Origin: an uncultured Gammaproteobacteria bacterium
Lineage (GTDB): Bacteria; Pseudomonadota; Gammaproteobacteria; Pseudomonadales; Pseudohongiellaceae
Length of the DNA: 64,000 nucleotides
NCBI GenBank assembly: GCA_903837345.1
Contig: CAILUG010000020.1
Span: forward strand, 19,992-83,991
Reading direction: 5' to 3'
Position numbers and translations under genes: made by a program. Every line of letters begins with the position of its first letter. Positions within the stretch are counted from its first letter, which is position 1. Of this stretch, positions 9,002-22,858 are shown piece by piece. The notes beneath the pieces were generated by a model. It was not told where the DNA came from. It saw only the letters and a list, made by a program, of their open reading frames with translations, and searched no databases.

Positions 9002-10507
9002 TCATTGTGGATGCGGGTTTGCCGACGACAGGGCCTGAAAGTCTTTTTCCAGCAATTTCTGCTGTTTGCCCGAAATTCCACCCAGCACCGAAAGTGCGTG
9101 CCGGATTCTCGCCCTGCAGAGGTCCAGACCCAGTATTGCCATCGAATCTATCACCGACACCGACACAGCAGAGCCCGCGATCGCAATAAACAACGGAAAC
9201 AGCAAATCCCGTATTTTCAGGTTCATCTGTTGTGACAATGCCACCAGGGCATGTTCCAGGGTGTCGCGATCCCAATCCCTGAGTTCTTCCAGGCGCCATG
9301 CGGAAAACTGCAACATGCGCAAACATTCTTCAGCAGTGAGCTTGTTGTGCGCAAAGCTGTCTGCCCCGATTGTCGGCACGGCTGACAGGAACAACCCCGC
9401 CAGCGGCATCACATCAGCAAAGCGTTCTACCCGCGGCTTTATCAACGGCACGATCTGCCGGATGCGGTCCTGCTGGAATGCCCATGCCGTATAGCGCTCT
9501 ATGAATTGTTCATCCGTCAGGGATTCGCGCAAGTAACGCCCGTTCAGCCAGTCAAGTTTTTCGGTATCAAATACCGGACCGCCCAGCGAAACCCGCTTGA
9601 TGTCGAAACTGGCAATCATCTGTGACACAGAAAATTTTTCGCTGCCATCCGGCATCGACCAGCCCATCATGCCGAGATAGTTGATGACAGCTTCCGGCAG
9701 ATAACCCATGCGCTGGTAATAGCCAATGCTGGTGGGATTCTTGCGTTTGCTGAGTTTGCTCTTGTCGGCATTGCGCAACAGCGGCATGTGACACAGCACC
9801 GGTGGTTCCCAGCCGAAGTATTGATAGAGCAACAGGTGTTTGGGTGCTGAATTGATCCATTCCTCACCACGTATCACATGCGTGATTTCCATCAGGTGAT
9901 CATCCACAACATTCGCCAGGTGATAAGTGGGCAAGCCATCCGACTTCATCAGCACCTGCATGTCGACCTGGCTCCACTCGATCTCGACCGGGTCTCGCAG
10001 CATGTCCTTGACCACACACTTGCCTTCTCGCGGCACTTTCATGCGGATGACAAACGGAAAGCCCGCAGCCAGCCTGGTGGCAACGTCAGCCTGGGCAAGA
10101 TGCATGCAATGGCCGTCATAGCCTGGTTGCAACTTGTCAGCCATCTGTTGCTTGCGCACTTCCTCCAGACGCCCGGCAGTACAAAAGCAGCGAAAGGCAT
10201 GGCCACTATCCAGCAACGACTGTGCGTGCTGCTGATAGATGGCTGAACGTTCGCTCTGGCGATAAGGTGCATGCGGGCCACCCTTGTCAGGGCCCTCGTC
10301 CCAGTCAAGATGCAACCACTTCAGCGCGGCCAGAATGTCATCTTCCGATTTGCGGGTGCTGCGCACCTGATCGGTATCTTCAATGCGCAGGATGAACTTG
10401 CCGCCATGCTGGCGCGCAAAACACAGATTGAACAACGCGATATAGGCGGTACCGACATGGGGATCGCCGGTGGGTGATGGTGCGATGCGGGTGCGTACTG
10501 TGCTCAT
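9002..10507 (-). CDS. gltX: Glutamate--tRNA ligase
   Basis: 501 aa. It has the class I HIGH-type motif ([12 protein letters not shown]) and the KMSKS-type motif (KLSKRK), and the N-terminus is typical of GluRS. Confidence 0.95.
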   Translation of the reverse strand: MSTVRTRIAPSPTGDPHVGTAYIALFNLCFARQHGGKFILRIEDTDQVRSTRKSEDDILAALKWLHLDWDEGPDKGGPHAPYRQSERSAIYQQHAQSLLDSGHAFRCFCTAGRLEEVRKQQMADKLQPGYDGHCMHLAQADVATRLAAGFPFVIRMKVPREGKCVVKDMLRDPVEIEWSQVDMQVLMKSDGLPTYHLANVVDDHLMEITHVIRGEEWINSAPKHLLLYQYFGWEPPVLCHMPLLRNADKSKLSKRKNPTSIGYYQRMGYLPEAVINYLGMMGWSMPDGSEKFSVSQMIASFDIKRVSLGGPVFDTEKLDWLNGRYLRESLTDEQFIERYTAWAFQQDRIRQIVPLIKPRVERFADVMPLAGLFLSAVPTIGADSFAHNKLTAEECLRMLQFSAWRLEELRDWDRDTLEHALVALSQQMNLKIRDLLFPLFIAIAGSAVSVSVIDSMAILGLDLCRARIRHALSVLGGISGKQQKLLEKDFQALSSANPHPQ

Positions 10508-10565
10508 GTTCGGGATTGCGTGGAAAAAAGCTGATTATACGTGGTGACCGGGGCTTCATGCCCGC

Positions 10566-10982
10566 TTATTCATCTTTCACTGACGAACGCAGCCGCTTGG
10601 TCACACCCAGGGTTTTCTTGTACTCCAGCCGTTTTTCTTTCGAACCCCGGCTGGGTTTGGTGGCAATGCGACGCTTGGGTTTCTTGCTGACAGACTGGAT
10701 CAGTTCCGTCAGACGAGCCAGCGCCTCGGCCCGGTTCTTCTCCTGAGTACGCTGGGTCTGGGCCTTGATCACCACTACCCCGTCTCCGGTGATGCGCGAA
10801 TCGGCCTTGCCCAGCAAACGTTGCTTGATCTCCCCGGGCAGCGAGGAGGCGCGTATGTCAAACCGCAGATGGATGGCACTGGATACCTTGTTGACGTTCT
10901 GGCCACCAGCCCCCTGTGAACGGATCGGGTTCAGACTGACTTCATCATCGCGCAGACTGATGTGGGGCGTGATGACCAGCAT
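10566..10982 (-). CDS. arfB: Alternative ribosome-rescue factor / peptidyl-tRNA hydrolase ArfB (YaeJ family)
   Basis: 138 aa with the GGQ motif (GAGGQNVNKV) and a basic C-terminal tail (KKPKRRIATKPSRGSKEKRLEYKK). Confidence 0.85.
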   Translation of the reverse strand: MLVITPHISLRDDEVSLNPIRSQGAGGQNVNKVSSAIHLRFDIRASSLPGEIKQRLLGKADSRITGDGVVVIKAQTQRTQEKNRAEALARLTELIQSVSKKPKRRIATKPSRGSKEKRLEYKKTLGVTKRLRSSVKDE

Positions 10983-10984
10983 GT

Positions 10985-11866
10985 TCAGGAATGCAGATCG
11001 ATGAATGCTTTGAGCTGCGGGGCTACCAGATCACCGGGCAGGCCCAGATACAGCGCCACCGACAAATGGTTCTGGCCAATCGCATAAACAAACATCGGCA
11101 AGTCGCCTTTGGCGATCTGGATGGCCGACAACAGATCAAGCGTCTGGCGCTGGAACTGCGGCGGATCAAACTCGGTCAGCGACAACAGCATCGGCACATC
11201 GCTGTGCGCCAGCGCCTGCAGTGATGAACGCGCCGGATATACGGAACGGTCGGTACCAAGATAAGCGGGCTCCATCGGGCTTGGCGGCATGATCGCAAAA
11301 TTGTAGATACCCGATAACAGGATGATGCCCTTCACACCATGCGGCCTGGGTGCATAGAGACCCGCATGCGCCACATAACTGGCGACATGGGCAGCACCGG
11401 CAGATTGCCCGATCAGGAACACCCGACTCGCATCAATACCGTAACTGGTTCCCTGCTGCCGGATAAAATCGACGGCAGCACGCAAATCCTCAATCCCGCT
11501 CGGCCACTGATGCTTGGGTGCCAGCCGATAGGTAATGGTGATGCCATTGCAGCCATTGCGCACCGCCCATTGGCCAATATTGCTGTAAAACGGCGAACCT
11601 TCAGCATGTTTGTCACCGGCGATGAAGCCGCCGCCATGCACGAACAGCAATACGGGCCTGTGCGGATCGAATCCGCCGGCTGGCGTGAAAATATCCAGAC
11701 GCTGTCTTTCATCCGGCCCGTACTGCACATCGCGTTGCACCTTGATGTCGGCACCCGGAGTCACCGAAACCATCGGCAATATCAGGTTGCGCGTGGCAGC
11801 CAGAGTATCCATGTTGATTTCGCGGCCTATAGCCGCCAACTGCTTGCGAAAATCTGCAAAATTCAA
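10985..11866 (-). CDS. Alpha/beta hydrolase (esterase/lipase-like, HGGG type)
   Basis: Oxyanion-hole motif HGGGF and nucleophile elbow GQSAGA. No signal peptide. Confidence 0.75.
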   Translation of the reverse strand: MNFADFRKQLAAIGREINMDTLAATRNLILPMVSVTPGADIKVQRDVQYGPDERQRLDIFTPAGGFDPHRPVLLFVHGGGFIAGDKHAEGSPFYSNIGQWAVRNGCNGITITYRLAPKHQWPSGIEDLRAAVDFIRQQGTSYGIDASRVFLIGQSAGAAHVASYVAHAGLYAPRPHGVKGIILLSGIYNFAIMPPSPMEPAYLGTDRSVYPARSSLQALAHSDVPMLLSLTEFDPPQFQRQTLDLLSAIQIAKGDLPMFVYAIGQNHLSVALYLGLPGDLVAPQLKAFIDLHS

Positions 11867-11987
11867 AACACACCTCTTTCGCCAGGCTTGCTGGCCCCAT
11901 GTCTTTCTGTTTGCCTATTCTACTCCGACCAGTGACACGCTGTTTGCGGTAAACTTGCGCAGTTTCTGCATCACCCTGGAGAATGCC

Positions 11988-12608
11988 ATGAATATTGACG
12001 CCTTGAACCAGCAATTTGCCGCCACCGATCCGCTGGCAACCATCCGTCATGCACTGTCATTGCCGGGCAAAGCGGTAATAACCACCCATTTCGGGCCCTT
12101 TGAGGCAGTGATCCTGCATATGGCGGTACAGGTCAAACCCCTGATCCAGGTGGTGTGGGTGGACCATGGATACAACACCAAGGCCACCTATCGCTGTGCC
12201 GAAAAAATCATCAACATGCTCAAACTCAATGTTGATGTCTTCACACCCAGAATTTCTGCAGCCCGCCAGGAAGCTGCACTCGGCGGCATTCCACTTTACA
12301 CCGAACCTTCACACAAGGATTTCACCGAAAATTTCAAACTGGAACCGTTCCGTCGCGCCATGGCCCAGCACAGTCCGGACATCTGGCTGACAGCCCTGCG
12401 CAAAGAGCAGACTGAATTCCGCCAGTCGCTGAACATTTTCACTCGTGACGACAAGGGTGTGCTGAAAGTGGCACCGCTGTTCCAGTGGACCGAGGCACAA
12501 ATGCGTGCTTATCTGGACCAACATCAGCTGCCGAATGAAGACAGCTACTACGACCCGACCAAGGCGCTGGAAAACCGCGAGTGTGGTTTGCACACATCCA
12601 CGCTGTGA
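11988..12608 (+). CDS. Short phosphoadenosine-phosphosulfate reductase family protein (CysH-like)
   Basis: From the ATG at 11988 it reads MNIDALNQQF... It is collinear with E. coli CysH through the PP-loop-like region and ends with the redox motif ECGLH. It has no Fe-S cysteine cluster. At 206 aa it is shorter than canonical CysH. Confidence 0.7.
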   Translation: MNIDALNQQFAATDPLATIRHALSLPGKAVITTHFGPFEAVILHMAVQVKPLIQVVWVDHGYNTKATYRCAEKIINMLKLNVDVFTPRISAARQEAALGGIPLYTEPSHKDFTENFKLEPFRRAMAQHSPDIWLTALRKEQTEFRQSLNIFTRDDKGVLKVAPLFQWTEAQMRAYLDQHQLPNEDSYYDPTKALENRECGLHTSTL

Positions 12609-12626
12609 TCAACCGGTAGCTGAAAC

Positions 12627-13109
12627 TCAGTCGCTGGATTTGGCTGCTTTGGACAAGGCGGCTCCACTGAGCCGATAACGGTTCCACTCGCTCATCGGCT
12701 CGGCTCCCAATGCCAGGTAGAATTCGATGGCAGGCGTGTTCCAGTCGAGCACATTCCATTCCAGCCTTCCGCAATTGTGTTCGATTGCCAATGCTGCCAG
12801 ATGCTGCAACAAGGCTTTACCTGCCCCCTTGCCCCGGAACTGCGGTGATACATAGAGATCTTCCATGTAAATGCCATTACGACCCAGCCAGGTGGAATAA
12901 CTGAAGAAATACACGGTAAAACCTGCAGGTCTGCCATCGACCATGCACACCAGTGCCCGGGCCTTGGCATCAACACCGAACAGGCTCTGGCGGATCTGCT
13001 CTTCGCTGGCAACCACCTGTTCCACCGCTTTTTCGTAGATGGCGAGTTCAATAATGAAATCGAGTATGAGTCTTGCGTCAGCAGCAACAGCTTCACGGAT
13101 ACTGATCAT
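12627..13109 (-). CDS. GNAT family N-acetyltransferase
   Basis: 160 aa with the acetyl-CoA binding pattern [11 protein letters not shown]. The start overlaps the cysG stop (ATGA). Confidence 0.8.
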   Translation of the reverse strand: MISIREAVAADARLILDFIIELAIYEKAVEQVVASEEQIRQSLFGVDAKARALVCMVDGRPAGFTVYFFSYSTWLGRNGIYMEDLYVSPQFRGKGAGKALLQHLAALAIEHNCGRLEWNVLDWNTPAIEFYLALGAEPMSEWNRYRLSGAALSKAAKSSD

Positions 13110-14494
13110 GGCTGCGCCTCTTCACGCCACCGCAACTGTTCATGCAGCTTCACTACCTCGCCAACAATGATCAGCGTAGGTGGCTGCACATTTTTCGAGA
13201 CCACCAGTGCCGGCAAGGTAGCCAGGGTGCCGGTATGCACGCGCTGATTGGGAGTAGTGCCCTGCTCTATAAGGGCAATCGGAGTGGTTTTGGCTGCGCC
13301 ATGCAGCATCAACTGTTCACAGATCTGCGGCAAACTTACCAAACCCATGTAAAACACCACAGTCTGGCCGGGCTGTACCAGTTGCGGCCAATCCAGATTG
13401 CAACTGTCATCCTTCAGGTGCCCGGTGACAAAGCGCACCGAGTGGGCATAGTCCCGATGCGTCAGCGGAATTCCGGCATAAGCCGCACAACCTGATGCAG
13501 CTGTGATACCCGGCACTATCTGGAACGGAATCCTGGCTTCGGCCAATCTGGAAATTTCCTCACCGCCCCTGCCAAAAATAAAGGGATCGCCGCCTTTCAG
13601 TCGCAGTACGCGTTTTCCCTGTGATGCCAGCTTTACCAGCAGGCGGCTGATTTCTTCCTGCGGCATTGTGTGATCTGAACGTTGTTTGCCTACGTGGATG
13701 CGTTCGGCATCCTGACGAACCAGCACCAGGATTTCCGGGGAAACCAGCCGATCGAACAGAACCACGTCAGCCTGCTGCATCAATCGCAACGCCCTGAAGG
13801 TGAGCAAATCCGGATCTCCCGGCCCGGCACCGACCAGATATACCTCGCCCTGCTCCAGCTTGAAACGGTTCTGGTTGAGAGTGGTCTGAAACAGCAATTC
13901 GGCTTTTTCCTTCTGGCCGCTCAACACCAGTTCGGCCACCGGCCCATTGATGATGCCTTCCCAGAAGCGCATGCGCAGCCGGGTGTTCAACAGTTTGCCT
14001 TTGACCAGATCCCGATGACGTCCCAACAATTGCACCAGAGTGCCATAAGCCGAAGGGATCAGGGTTTCCAGCCGCGCACGCAACAGCCGCGACAACACCG
14101 GTGCACTGCCGCCACTGGAGACTGCCACCAGGAGCGGCGAGCGGTCGACAATGGAGGGGAAGATGAAGCTGCACAGCGCAGGCTGGTCGACTACATTGAC
14201 CGGCAGCTTGCGCGTATGCGCCAGTGCAGAAACACGACGGTTCACTATCTGGTCGTCGGTGGCAGCCACCACCAGCATGACACCATCAAGATCGGTTTCC
14301 TGGAAATTGCGAAGGTGACCCAGATGCGGCGGCTTCAGCAAAGCGGCCAACTCATCACAGATGTGGCCAGCCACGACCGTCAACTCTGCTTGTGCCCGCA
14401 ACAGCAAGCGCGCTTTGCGCAATGCCACCTGGCCACCACCCACCAGCAGTACCCGTTGTTGCTGGAGCCGCAAAAAAACCGGAAGAAAATCCAT
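13106..14494 (-). CDS. cysG: Siroheme synthase (precorrin-2 dehydrogenase / ferrochelatase fused to uroporphyrinogen-III C-methyltransferase)
   Basis: 462 aa. It has an N-terminal Rossmann motif ([18 protein letters not shown]) and a C-terminal SAM methyltransferase with [11 protein letters not shown] and [13 protein letters not shown]. Confidence 0.9.
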   Translation of the reverse strand: MDFLPVFLRLQQQRVLLVGGGQVALRKARLLLRAQAELTVVAGHICDELAALLKPPHLGHLRNFQETDLDGVMLVVAATDDQIVNRRVSALAHTRKLPVNVVDQPALCSFIFPSIVDRSPLLVAVSSGGSAPVLSRLLRARLETLIPSAYGTLVQLLGRHRDLVKGKLLNTRLRMRFWEGIINGPVAELVLSGQKEKAELLFQTTLNQNRFKLEQGEVYLVGAGPGDPDLLTFRALRLMQQADVVLFDRLVSPEILVLVRQDAERIHVGKQRSDHTMPQEEISRLLVKLASQGKRVLRLKGGDPFIFGRGGEEISRLAEARIPFQIVPGITAASGCAAYAGIPLTHRDYAHSVRFVTGHLKDDSCNLDWPQLVQPGQTVVFYMGLVSLPQICEQLMLHGAAKTTPIALIEQGTTPNQRVHTGTLATLPALVVSKNVQPPTLIIVGEVVKLHEQLRWREEAQP

Positions 14495-14504
14495 GCAGTC
14501 TCCG

Positions 14505-15800
<1,296 letters not shown>

Positions 15801-16184
15801 TTAAGAGTGCACCAATAGCATGCGTGCCAGGCTCAGTCCCAGCCAGGTTGCGAGCAGACACACGACCATGGTACCCAGCAAGTAGAGGATTGCGACACCA
15901 ATCTGCCCCTGTTCAAACATGCGCAAGGCATCAAGCGAATAGGATGAATACGTGGTGAATGCACCCAGGAAGCCTATGGTCAGCAATTGCTGGCCATAGG
16001 GTTGCAAGCCGCCATTTTCGACGATGACCACATACAACGCCCCGATCACAAAGGCACCAACCGCATTGATGCCAAAGGTGGCAACCTGCGCATAAATCTT
16101 GCCGGCAGCGGCCAGATTATACACCGCGAAGCGTGCCATGGCGCCGAGAGCACCACCAATTGCCACCATCACATAATTCATCAT
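15801..16184 (-). CDS. crcB: Fluoride ion channel CrcB/FluC
   Basis: 127-aa four-helix membrane protein with GGALGAMAR and GFLGAFTTYS motifs. It starts 2 nt after the rarA stop. Confidence 0.85.
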   Translation of the reverse strand: MMNYVMVAIGGALGAMARFAVYNLAAAGKIYAQVATFGINAVGAFVIGALYVVIVENGGLQPYGQQLLTIGFLGAFTTYSSYSLDALRMFEQGQIGVAILYLLGTMVVCLLATWLGLSLARMLLVHS

Positions 16185-16186
16185 GA

Positions 16187-17539
16187 TTACTCCCCGGTCT
16201 TGTAACGTTGCTGGGAACTTTGCGCATCCAGGCCCCGCAAATAGGCAAGTTTCTGGCGGATCTGGTCTTCCAGGCCACGATCGACGGGATGGTAATAACT
16301 TCGATCCTGCAGCGATTCCGGAAAATAATTCTCGCCGGCAGCATAGGCGCCGGGTTCGTCATGTGCGTAGCGATAGCCCTTGCCGTAGTCGAGATTTTTC
16401 ATGAGTCCGGTCGGTGCGTTGCGCAAATGCATCGGCACTTCATCGGTGGGGTTGCTCTGCACGTCTGCACGCGCCGTGTTGTAGGCGGTATAAACCGCAT
16501 TGCTCTTGGGCGCACACGCCAGATACAGAACCGCCTGCGCCAGTGCCAGCTCGCCTTCGGGGCTGCCTAGACGCTGCTGCACATCCCAGGCATTGAGCGT
16601 CAGTTGCAATGCGCGCGGATCGGCATTGCCGATGTCTTCACTGGCCATGCGCACCAGCCGCCGCGCCACATAGAGCGGATCGCAACCACCATCAAGCATG
16701 CGACACAGCCAATAAAGCGCAGCGTCCGGCGAGGAGCCACGTACTGCCTTGTGCAAAACTGAAATCTGCTCGTGGAATACATCACCGCCCTTGTCGAAAC
16801 GACGCACACTTCCTTGCAATAACTGTTGCAGCGTCGCATCGCTCAGCACTTCCGTGCCATCGGCGACAGGCTCCAGCATGTCGGCAGCGAGTTCGATCAG
16901 GTTGAGCAGGCGGCGCGCATCGCCATCGGCTGCCAACGCCAGTTGCTGTTTTTGTTGGCCGGAAAGCCGGATTTTTCTTTGGCCGAGGCCGTTGGTTTGG
17001 TCGGACAGTGCCAGCTCCAGCACGCGCAACAAGGCCGGCTGATCGAGGCTTTTCAAAACATATACGCGGGCGCGGGACAGCAACGCGGAATTCAATTCAA
17101 ACGAAGGATTCTCGGTGGTGGCACCAATGAAGATCACAGTGCCATCCTCAATATGCGGCAGAAACGCATCCTGCTGGGACTTGTTGAAACGATGCACTTC
17201 ATCGACAAACAATACGGTGTTGCGGCCGTGTGCAGAGCGCTGATCCTGGGCACGCTCAATGGCTGCACGTATTTCTTTCACACCCGACAACACCGCTGAC
17301 AATGATTCCAGATGCGCATTGGCACTCTGGGCCACCAGCCGGGCCAGCGTGGTTTTGCCGGTGCCCGGCGGCCCCCACAGAATCATCGAATGCGGCTGGC
17401 CATTGGTGATCGCTTCATACAGCGGCTTGCCAGGCCCCAGAATATGTTCCTGACCGGCATAGGCAGCGATTTCCAACGGACGCATGCGCGCCGCCAGTGG
17501 CTGATATCCCCGGGTCTGCTGGAACAATGGCATGGTCAT
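16187..17539 (-). CDS. rarA: Replication-associated recombination protein A (AAA+ ATPase)
   Basis: Walker [10 protein letters not shown], Walker [13 protein letters not shown] and the MgsA C-terminal domain. It lies in the lolA-rarA-serS synteny. Confidence 0.9.
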   Translation of the reverse strand: MTMPLFQQTRGYQPLAARMRPLEIAAYAGQEHILGPGKPLYEAITNGQPHSMILWGPPGTGKTTLARLVAQSANAHLESLSAVLSGVKEIRAAIERAQDQRSAHGRNTVLFVDEVHRFNKSQQDAFLPHIEDGTVIFIGATTENPSFELNSALLSRARVYVLKSLDQPALLRVLELALSDQTNGLGQRKIRLSGQQKQQLALAADGDARRLLNLIELAADMLEPVADGTEVLSDATLQQLLQGSVRRFDKGGDVFHEQISVLHKAVRGSSPDAALYWLCRMLDGGCDPLYVARRLVRMASEDIGNADPRALQLTLNAWDVQQRLGSPEGELALAQAVLYLACAPKSNAVYTAYNTARADVQSNPTDEVPMHLRNAPTGLMKNLDYGKGYRYAHDEPGAYAAGENYFPESLQDRSYYHPVDRGLEDQIRQKLAYLRGLDAQSSQQRYKTGE

Positions 17540-17551
17540 GGCTGGGCCGGA

Positions 17552-18280
17552 TCAGTTATGCGTGTTGTCGATCACTTCCACACCTTTTGGCGGTGCAAAG
17601 TGAAACAGGCCTGGATCCATGGCCTGGTTGCGCTGTTCCACCTTGAAGGTCAGGCTGGTCTGCTGGCCCAGACTGTCTTCAAAATGCATTTCTTCCAGCA
17701 CGGCGCCATTGAAAGTGAGAGTCATGCTGGCAAACAAGCTGTCTGGCTGTTTGGGCTGCAAAACAAACTGCTGGTGCACACCGTCGGTGAGTTTGGCATA
17801 GCTGACTGCATAACTGTTGCCGATGGTCTGTTCAGTACCGTTCAACAGCATGACAGGGGTGCGATCCAGCTTGCTGTTGAATGCACCAATGGTGACCTGC
17901 CCAAGATCAGGCTCATAGCGCCAGATGGTACGGCCGTCCGTCACCATCAGTTCTTCATAGGGTTTTATGGTTTGCCAGCGGAAATTGGCCGGTTTTTGCA
18001 TCACCAGTCTGGCACTGATTTCCTGCAGCTGGCGTCCATCCTGATCCAGCAACAGCTGATCGACAGCGGCCTGCACACTGTTGGTTTGCTGGAGCACCGC
18101 TACCAGCTGGCGCAATGCAAAATCTTCAGCGCTGGCAACCACAGGCGCAGAGACAGGTGTTGCTGCCCGGACACCTTCTGCGGTGGAGCCTGCTACCAGA
18201 ACCAGCAGCAACGCGATGACAGCGACAGTTTCCGACTGCCACAGACGCTCCGGCATGCGATTGAACATTGCAAAGACCAA
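17552..18280 (-). CDS. lolA: Outer-membrane lipoprotein carrier protein LolA
   Basis: Signal-peptide protein of LolA size, between ftsK and rarA as in E. coli. The start is uncertain (M1 at 18280 or M5). Confidence 0.78.
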   Translation of the reverse strand: MVFAMFNRMPERLWQSETVAVIALLLVLVAGSTAEGVRAATPVSAPVVASAEDFALRQLVAVLQQTNSVQAAVDQLLLDQDGRQLQEISARLVMQKPANFRWQTIKPYEELMVTDGRTIWRYEPDLGQVTIGAFNSKLDRTPVMLLNGTEQTIGNSYAVSYAKLTDGVHQQFVLQPKQPDSLFASMTLTFNGAVLEEMHFEDSLGQQTSLTFKVEQRNQAMDPGLFHFAPPKGVEVIDNTHN

Positions 18281-18318
18281 ACAGGGTGCCTCTATAACGG
18301 ATGAACTGGATATGCCGG

Positions 18319-20667
18319 CTACACCGGCGGCGGTGCCAATACTTCGCGGTTACCGTTACTGCTCATCGCAGATACCACTCCCGCCATCTCCATCGCTTCA
18401 ATCAGCCTGGCAGCACGGTTGTAACCAATGCGGAATTTTCTTTGCACCGATGAAATTGACGCCTTGCGCGACTCGCAGACAAAACGCACAGCCTGATCAT
18501 ACATCTGATCATCCATCTCGGCATTGCCGCCCTCGCCTTCCTCTCCTTCAAAGCCCAGACCCGGCACGCCGGCACCAGCGGAATCAGAGGTGATTGAATC
18601 GATGTAATTGGGTTCGCCCCTGGCTTTCCAGTCGGCCACCACGCGATGTACTTCTTCATCGGCGACAAAAGCGCCATGCACACGCTGGGCAACCCCGCCA
18701 CCTGGTGGCAGGAACAGCATGTCACCATTGCCGAGCAACTGTTCTGCTCCGCCTTCGCCCAGGATGGTGCGGGAATCAATTTTCGACTGCACCATGAACG
18801 ACAAGCGGGTCGGTATGTTGGCCTTGATCAAACCGGTGAGCACATCCACCGATGGTCGCTGGGTTGCCAGAATCAGATGGATACCGGCAGCCCTGGCTTT
18901 CTGGGCAATGCGTGCAATCAGCTCTTCCACTTTTTTGCCGACTACCATCATCATGTCGGCCAACTCATCGACGATGACCACGATCACCGGCAACTCAGCC
19001 AGCCCTTCCGGAGTCTGCTCTTCCAGGTCCAGCATCGGATCAGGTTTCCACAACGGATCAACGATGGGTTCACCGGCCTTGATCGCATCCGCGACTTTCT
19101 TGTTGTAACCGGCCAGATTGCGCACACCCAGGGCCGACATCAGTTTGTAGCGCCGCTCCATTTCAGCCACGCACCAGCGCAAACCGTTGGCAGCATCTTT
19201 CATGTCGGTAATGACCGGCGTCAGCAGATGCGGAATACCCTCGTAGATGGACAGCTCCAGCATTTTTGGATCAATCATCAGCATGCGCACATGCTGGGGT
19301 GTCGATTTGAACAGGATGCTGAGGATCATCGCGTTGACCCCGACTGATTTGCCGGAGCCGGTGGTACCCGCCACCAGCAGATGCGGCATGCGTGCCAGAT
19401 CGACCACCACCGGATTGCCTCCGATGTCATGACCAAGTGCAAGACTGATCGGCGAACGCGCGTTGTCAAACTCGGGCGAAGACAGTACTTGCCCCAGCGA
19501 AATCATTTCCTTTTTCTCGTTGGGTATTTCGATGCCGATGCAGGTCTTGCCGGGAATCACCTCAACCACACGCAGGCTGGGCACAGCCAGCGAGCGCGCC
19601 AGATCCTTGACCAGATTGCTGATACGACTGACTTTGATGCCTGCTGCAGGCTGCACTTCAAAGCGGGTAATCACCGGTCCGGGGTTGATGCCCACCACAG
19701 TAATGTCGATGCCGAAATCCTTGAGTTTGATTTCCAGCAATTTCGACATTTTCTCCAGGGCTTCGGCGGAAAAACCGACGACCTTGTTCTCTTCCCATTC
19801 ATTCAGCAGGGTGATGGGCGGCAAATCCCCGACCACCGGCGTATCAAACAATTTGCCCTGTTTTTCACGCAGTTTTTCCCGCTGCACCCTTCTGCTTGGT
19901 TCGCGTGGCGCTTCCCGCACCGGGGCTATCTCGATCGGTGGCCGCCTGGTTTCCTTCTCAATGAATTGATCAAGCGCCTCTTTGCGCTGACTGACAAATT
20001 GCTCGGTTTCTGCCGCTTCGCGCTTTTTCTCCTGGTATTGCTGCCAACGCTCGCCAAACCAGCCGAACAGTTGCAGCGTGAACGCACCGATGCGATCGAC
20101 CACCTTGAGCCAGGAAATGCCGAGCCCAAGCGTCAAGCCAAGACACATCAAGGTGAGACACAGCAACGTAGTGCCAACCAGTTGCAACACCGGCAAAGCT
20201 GCCAGCGAAAGCGAGCGGCCCAGCCAGCCTCCGGCAGAACTTGGCAACGAACTGGCAAAATGCAGACTGGCCAGCATGCACGAACTCAGCAAGGTGACCA
20301 GCAAGCCCGCTGCACGCAAACCAAACACCTGCCAGCTGAATTCAAAAGTGGATTGGCGCTCACGAAACAGTATCGCGGCGCGATAAAGCAGAAAAAACGG
20401 AATCAGCCACGACAGTTTTCCCATCAGCAGGAACAACACATCCGAGATACAGGCACCGCTGCTGCCGACCAGATTGTTCACGGTTGCATTCTTGCCGGTA
20501 CCTGACCAGCCAGGATCGAGTGGTGAATACGACACAAACGCCAGCATCAGATAAAAAGCCAGCGCCAGGAAGATGATCATCACACCTTCCACCATGAATA
20601 GCTGGCTCAGTCCATGGGCAGGACTGCCAACATCAGTGCGAGACGTTTTTTCCCGTGTTGCGGCCAC
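18319..20667 (-). CDS. ftsK: DNA translocase FtsK
   Basis: 782 aa with N-terminal membrane helices, a linker, a motor domain with Walker [10 protein letters not shown], and a C-terminal gamma (winged-helix) domain. GTG start. Confidence 0.93.
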   Translation of the reverse strand: MAATREKTSRTDVGSPAHGLSQLFMVEGVMIIFLALAFYLMLAFVSYSPLDPGWSGTGKNATVNNLVGSSGACISDVLFLLMGKLSWLIPFFLLYRAAILFRERQSTFEFSWQVFGLRAAGLLVTLLSSCMLASLHFASSLPSSAGGWLGRSLSLAALPVLQLVGTTLLCLTLMCLGLTLGLGISWLKVVDRIGAFTLQLFGWFGERWQQYQEKKREAAETEQFVSQRKEALDQFIEKETRRPPIEIAPVREAPREPSRRVQREKLREKQGKLFDTPVVGDLPPITLLNEWEENKVVGFSAEALEKMSKLLEIKLKDFGIDITVVGINPGPVITRFEVQPAAGIKVSRISNLVKDLARSLAVPSLRVVEVIPGKTCIGIEIPNEKKEMISLGQVLSSPEFDNARSPISLALGHDIGGNPVVVDLARMPHLLVAGTTGSGKSVGVNAMILSILFKSTPQHVRMLMIDPKMLELSIYEGIPHLLTPVITDMKDAANGLRWCVAEMERRYKLMSALGVRNLAGYNKKVADAIKAGEPIVDPLWKPDPMLDLEEQTPEGLAELPVIVVIVDELADMMMVVGKKVEELIARIAQKARAAGIHLILATQRPSVDVLTGLIKANIPTRLSFMVQSKIDSRTILGEGGAEQLLGNGDMLFLPPGGGVAQRVHGAFVADEEVHRVVADWKARGEPNYIDSITSDSAGAGVPGLGFEGEEGEGGNAEMDDQMYDQAVRFVCESRKASISSVQRKFRIGYNRAARLIEAMEMAGVVSAMSSNGNREVLAPPPV

Positions 20668-20854
20668 AGACTTCCCGGATTTTGCCGTTGCTTACAGTGC
20701 TCTATCATAAACAATTAGCGGGTGGGACGATACGTTGCCGGAACGCTGACACAATCTGCATGTTTTTTCGCCTGCTCCAGCAATCTGTGAGTGCATTTCT
20801 GCGTGGACAGAGGTTGAATCACCCATGAATTACTCCGGATTCAGGATCTTCACC

Positions 20855-21832
20855 ATGCAGACCAGAACACTCAGCCTTGCCCTGCTCAGCCTCACCTTGG
20901 GCGCTGCAACGGCAGCATTAGCCCAGCCGGCTGCGCCAGTACAACCACAGACACCGTTGACCTGGGCCTATGGCGTCAATACGCCTGGGGTGAACCTGCC
21001 GGCCGCCACCGGCCCCCAGCATGTGCCCGACAGCAAGCTGGAGCTGGTTTTCCCGCGTGACCGGTTTTCACCGCCAGACTGGCACCCGGAAGATCATCCG
21101 GCAATGCCGCCTGTCGTTGCCAGCGGACACGCACCGCAAGTAATGGCATGTGCCTACTGTCATCTGCCCAATGGGCAAGGCCGGCCGGAAAACGCCAGTC
21201 TGGCGGGCTTGTCAGCCGACTACATCAAGCAGCAATTGGCAGATTACCGGGCTTCCTTGCGCAAGAGTGCCGAACCGCAGATGTCACCACCTTCCCTGAT
21301 GCAGGCAATAGGTTTGAATACCACAGCAGAGGAAGCCGAACAGGCAGCCAGCTATTTCGCGGGTTTGCAGCCACGGCGCTGGATACGCGTGGTGGAAACC
21401 GCCAGCGTGCCGGAAACTGTGGTATCCGGCTGGATGTACATTCCCAAACCTGGCACTGCGGTCAAAGAGCCCATCGCCAACCGGATTCTCGAAATGCCGG
21501 AAAATCTCGAACGTACCGAATTGCGTGACAGTCGTTCCAGTTTCGTCGCCTATGTCCCGGTCGGCAGCATTGCGCGTGGCAAACAACTGGCTAACGGCAA
21601 TGGTGGCCTTGCCTCTGCTTGTTCCGCCTGTCATGGCGCCGATTTGCGGGGTCTGGGACCAGTACCGCGCCTGGCGGGCCGCTCGCCCAGTTATCTGGCA
21701 CGCCAGCTCTACGATCTGCAGACTTCCAATCGCAAAGGTCTATGGTCGCCATTGATGACGGCCGTTGTCGCCAAACTCACCCCGGAGGATATGCTGGCAC
21801 TTGCTGCCTATATTGCTTCGCTGGAGCCTTGA
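20855..21832 (+). CDS. Exported diheme c-type cytochrome
   Basis: Signal peptide (LSLTLGAATAALA-QP) and two CxxCH motifs (CAYCH, CSACH). The start could instead be at 20825. Confidence 0.75.
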   Translation: MQTRTLSLALLSLTLGAATAALAQPAAPVQPQTPLTWAYGVNTPGVNLPAATGPQHVPDSKLELVFPRDRFSPPDWHPEDHPAMPPVVASGHAPQVMACAYCHLPNGQGRPENASLAGLSADYIKQQLADYRASLRKSAEPQMSPPSLMQAIGLNTTAEEAEQAASYFAGLQPRRWIRVVETASVPETVVSGWMYIPKPGTAVKEPIANRILEMPENLERTELRDSRSSFVAYVPVGSIARGKQLANGNGGLASACSACHGADLRGLGPVPRLAGRSPSYLARQLYDLQTSNRKGLWSPLMTAVVAKLTPEDMLALAAYIASLEP

Positions 21833-21881
21833 TGCAGGCCAGTTAGTCCCCATAATAGCCACCCCCAGCCACAGGACATGA

Positions 21882-22847
<966 letters not shown>

Positions 22848-22858
22848 AACCCAAGCCC

